A stretch of 64,000 nucleotides of DNA from the human T2T-CHM13v2.0 reference genome, Homo sapiens. How positions within the stretch are numbered: position 1 is the first letter of the stretch; each line of letters begins with the position of its first letter. Where the stretch lies: the NCBI RefSeq assembly GCF_009914755.1, contig NC_060929.1; one strand, 5' to 3'. The notes under the pieces were generated by a model, which saw only the letters and a program-made list of their open reading frames with translations, had not been told where the DNA came from and ran no database searches. The translations under genes were made by a program, and so were the position numbers. Of this stretch, positions 59,690 through 64,000 are shown piece after piece.

Positions 59690-59979
59690 TGTCTTAGTCA
59701 GTTTGAGCTGCTATAGCAAACTACCAGAGGCTGAGTAGCTTAAACAACAAACGTATTCCTCCTGGTTCTGGAAGCTGGAAGTCCAAGAATAGTGGCAGCA
59801 TGGTCAGGTTATGGTGAGGGCCCCCTCTTCCTGATTATGTCCTCACCTGGTGGATCTGCCCTCATGGCTTCATCTGAACCTGATTACCTTTCAAAGCTCC
59901 ACCTCCAAATACTATCACATTGGGGACTAGGGCTTCAACATATGAATTTGGGGGGACACAAACATTGGGTCCATTAGCC
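59690..59979 (-). mobile_element. MLT1A-like MaLR LTR, internally deleted
   Basis: TGTCTTAGTC...GCTGGAAGTCCAAGA...CTTCAACATATGAATTTGGGGGGACACAAACATT. Confidence 0.8.
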
Positions 59980-60107
59980 ATCAAGAGATAAGCTTCTTAG
60001 GGCTCTTTGTTTAGTCTCCTAATCCTTTTTTCCACTTTTACTCTCTTAAAAAATCTCTACACCCAAATTTATTTCTCTTTCTTACCTCACCTCCCCCTCC
60101 TCTCTTC

Positions 60108-60145
60108 TTTTGTTTTGTTTTGTTTTGTTTTGTTTTGTTTTGTTT
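60108..60145. repeat. (TTTTG)n microsatellite
   Basis: About 7 perfect units. Confidence 0.95.
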
Positions 60146-62914
60146 AAGCCCTCTGATTACATGATTGATTACATATCTCCTCATCACCCCCACACCTCTG
60201 CAAACCACCAGCAGTAACCTATCAAGCTATTCTAGGTCAAGAGCTAATTGTTCCTCTTCTGCCCTCAACCTGCAGGGAGTCCCAGGAATACCTCCAGGCA
60301 AAATTGCTGTCTTTCCTTCCCCAGGACATCTGAACCAGGTCTAGTTGAAGCAAAGTTGGTTGACAACTCATGCCTCTTGTCCTGGCCTGTTCCTCCAGTC
60401 TCTACAGCTGTCACTGAAGTTCAATCTCCATTAACAAGGTAACCAGGGGCAGGGACTCCAGGTCTGGAAGCCAAGCTGGGGATGGGAGAAGTTAACCCTT
60501 CTCTCAGTTTCCCAAAGCAAAAAGTGTGGGGAGGTCTCTGAATTTTCAACAGCTGTTCTCTCCTCTCCCTGCCTAGCCTACTTAGGTCTATGTCAGTGAA
60601 GCAGGCAGCAAAATCACCCATTGTAGGCACGTGCTAGCTCAGGTTCCAAGGGAATCTGAAAGGCTCACCTTGCTCGATGTGTTCAGGCCATTCAGCTACA
60701 GTGTTTTAGAGTTACTGACATGTCTCTCAGGCTCAGAACCTTAAGATGATGCTTTTTCTGATGACTGCCTAGATTTTCTGGTATTGATCAGATTAGAACA
60801 TGTCTGAGAAAATCTGTCCTCTGGGGGCCAGATAGGAAAAGAGAGGGTGAATGAGGAAAAAAAAATCAATTTACAGATACCACAAACAGCCAGGAACATT
60901 TCTGGCCAGAGGTGTCCTTTCTGATAGTGCTAAATGGGTTAAAAAGCCATCTCATCAGATCAGTGGAACAAATGAGAAACCACAACTGCGAGTCAATAGG
61001 TATTGATTTACCCCTGTTGTGCTTTAATGATGTTTCAAAAGAAAAATGATACCTGAGCAGAGGCACACATCCACAGCAGCCAGCCTTTCTGGGAAAGTCA
61101 CTCAAGAGTCCCACAAATAAATTGCCTACCATTGAAAGCAGAGGTGTTTCCATTTAAGCTTTATTGAAATAGAAATCTAGAGTCTTTGCAAATGTAACAT
61201 GTGAGACCAGGAAATTTGTCTTTTCAAATCATCAAACAGTTAATACCTTAGCTAATTCAGTAACAAGTACACCCACTGAAGCAGAACCTAGAGTTATGAA
61301 CTAGCCCTAAGACCCATAAATCTTGTACATTGAGAAATAGGGTAGAACCTGCTTTTTTTACACCAAAATACTACGACTTTTTAAAATAGTCCAGGATCAT
61401 TTAGGATTATTACAGATCTAAGAAAAATACATGTTTCATTGAATCACAGGTGTTAAATACTCCCTATGTTCCCAAAGTCTCTCTTATTAAGTGAAGTCTC
61501 TCTTAATTGCAGTGTCAATCTATTTATAAGAGAAAAAAAAAATGACTCAGGCCCAAAAAGAACGTAGCATATTTTACAAATAGGAGTTAGATCCCATTCA
61601 GAAACTGCAGATGGAAACAGTATCTCTTATGGACATTGGGCTGGTCAACAAGGAAACTGTGGGCCAAAAACCATGGGAAGAAGTAACAGCAATGCCACCA
61701 GCCAGTTAGGGAAAAAGGGTGAAATGGCATACCTGTCACTTTCCCTTTTACAGTTTTCCTTCTCCAGCTGAAATTTATTGGCTTCACAATGACCTCAGCT
61801 CCTCTTCCATTAAAACATGTTGAGACATGTTGGCACCTCAAAGCATTCCCATAATTTTCAGAAAATGAAAAGACCAAAGCTGTTAAACCTAGCTTGCAAA
61901 AATAACAACTGCAAAATGAAGTGGGAAATATGTTTCAACCAGCCAGGGAGCCAAAGTCCAGCACACTGGGCTTCAAAGAGCTCTATTATTATAAACACAC
62001 ACCTGAATGCTAATCCACACCAAAAACATACATTCTGAAAACAACAGAGGAAGCCAGTGAGCAACACCATCACAGATCAGTCAATAAACACCCTCTTCTA
62101 GGAAGACAGAGAAGAGGAACTACAGAAAGACAAAGGTGAAAATCAGCCAACTATATATATTTTGACAAACTTTGAGCTTATACAAAGATATGAAAAAGCT
62201 AATCTCTAGAGGAAAAGTTAAGCATTCCTGCAAACTAACTGGGCAGTTCATGAGAAATCTACTTCTCATTTCCAATACTGTTGAAACAGTTTTTCCAAGA
62301 AGTCTTCTCTCTCACTAATGGGAAGAAGCCTGTAGGGTATCACTTTTGAAATTCTTCCCTCAGGCATCCCCCCTTCCTCAGATCTAGGCACTTTGATTTT
62401 TCTTTGACTGCAGTGCACATCTCCATCCCTAGGACCTTCCTAGGCTGTGAACACACTGCATACCTTGCATATTTTCCTACCTTTCCCTTCCATGTAAAAT
62501 ATACTTGTCCTATGTTCCATTTCCCTAGATTCTGTCCTCAACCAAAGTCACAATGAATTAATCATATAAACAAATTAGTTAGCCCGTGCGCTACACCTCT
62601 CACCTAGAAAAATATGTCTGTAATCTTGTTTAAATGCTTATTTTCATCAAAAAACATTTGACTGGACTAGGTAACCTTCAAATTGTCTCCCAACGCTAAC
62701 ATTGTAAAATTATATGAGTAACTCCAACCAGAAAAAAAAAAAAGTAAACCTTGGGCTAAGCTAATTGGTAAGTTGACCTTTTGGGGTCCTTGAAATTAGA
62801 CAATTTGTGTTGTTGCTACTGGGTGTAAACATGTCACATCTGCTAGTTGACCTTCAATCAAAAATTTATTGGCAATTTTTAGAGGTTATTATTACATTTT
62901 CTTGTCTATGCTAT

Positions 62915-63413
62915 GTCCTTCAGTGAATTAAAGATGACTCAAATTCTTTGCTCTTCCTCCCATCAGAAAGTTAGTCTATTTTCTCTCCAACATGGAATCA
63001 AGCCAGCCTTATGAATTTATTAATCAATAGAAGGTAGTGAAAGTGACACCTTGCCAGCTCTGGCCTAGGCCTTCATAGGCATGGAAGCTTCTGCTTTCAG
63101 CCTCTTTGGAGCCTTAGCCAATACATAAAGTAAAGATATTCCATTACTCTGCTGCAAAGACCTGTAGCAGGAGAGAGAGAAAGATTTCTGTCCAGCCTCC
63201 AGTTGTTTCAGACTTAGCTGAGGTGCCAAACATGTGGATAAAGCCATTTTGGATCCCCAGCCCTATAAAACCTCCAGATAAGTGCAGCCACATGAATAAG
63301 TCAGACAAGGCCAACAGAAGAATCACCCACCTGAGCTCAGCCCATAGACAGTTGTTATTATCAAGCTACTACCTTTCAGAATGGTTTGTTACTCTGCAAT
63401 AGATAACTGCAGC
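62915..63413 (+). mobile_element. MLT1 (G/H-like) MaLR LTR
   Basis: AATTCTTTGCTCTTCCTCCCATCAG...GCCATTTTGGAT...GGTTTGTTACTCTGCAATAGATAAC. Confidence 0.7.
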
Positions 63414-64000
63414 ACATCCCTAAAAGCTGACCTATTCCTTTCTTTGAATAAAGAAGGTATTAATAACAAATAAAATAATTTTTAAAGTTTCTAATTATCA
63501 TAGTCATTTCACCCTCCAGCACACACTTACTCTTACAATGGCACATCAGTAAAACTCATTCAATACTTTCTCAGCTGCATGCGTGTCCTTAATATCTGTT
63601 GCCATCCACGAAGTCATAAATTGTAAGCTCCTGCTGGCTAGGATCCAGAAACTCCAATAAGTATTTTATAAAGACTTTTCAGAAATAATTTCAGTCAAAG
63701 CCTTCAGCAATTATCAGCAATATTTCCTATAAGTCTTACTACTTTTCCACATTGAGAAGTCTAGAATTGGATCCTCAGAGAGAAACTCCACTTTTAAAGC
63801 CTCCATTTTTCATGTCATGCTTTTGACTTAAAAGAGCATTGAAACCATAAACCTCTCCCAATGTTCTTTTCACAACAATACAATGAATTATAACTTGGCA
63901 ACAGGCAGGAGTGTGTTTGTATTAATTGGCTGGGAGGTTGGTTATTTGTAAAAGGAAATTTTTAATTCCTCTGCCATGCATTCATGTGTGACAAATCCCT

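Overview
Primate (human or great-ape) nuclear DNA, AT-rich and dominated by interspersed repeats, with no recognisable host protein-coding exon. The main features are a full-length L1PA2-type LINE-1 (+, 1745-7786) inserted into an old MLT1 LTR and a full-length, decayed L1PA6/7-type LINE-1 (-, 21785-27980). The first has an intact ORF0, three stops in ORF1 and one stop in ORF2. The window also holds several truncated L1s (one 5'-inverted), 12 Alus, solo LTRs (MLT2A2, THE1C/D, MLT1), DNA-transposon fossils (MER5, MER45, MER94) and MIR/L2/L3 fragments. Nearly all other ORFs in the track are repeat-derived or chance. I found no evidence of a new multi-gene system. The best leads are a probable ~70-bp L1 3' transduction, an old 245-bp non-repeat local duplication, a nested palindromic minisatellite, a template-switch scar, and LTRs with an exact DUX4 motif or a consensus splice donor. 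Subfamily names come from recalled diagnostic positions, not from a RepeatMasker run.
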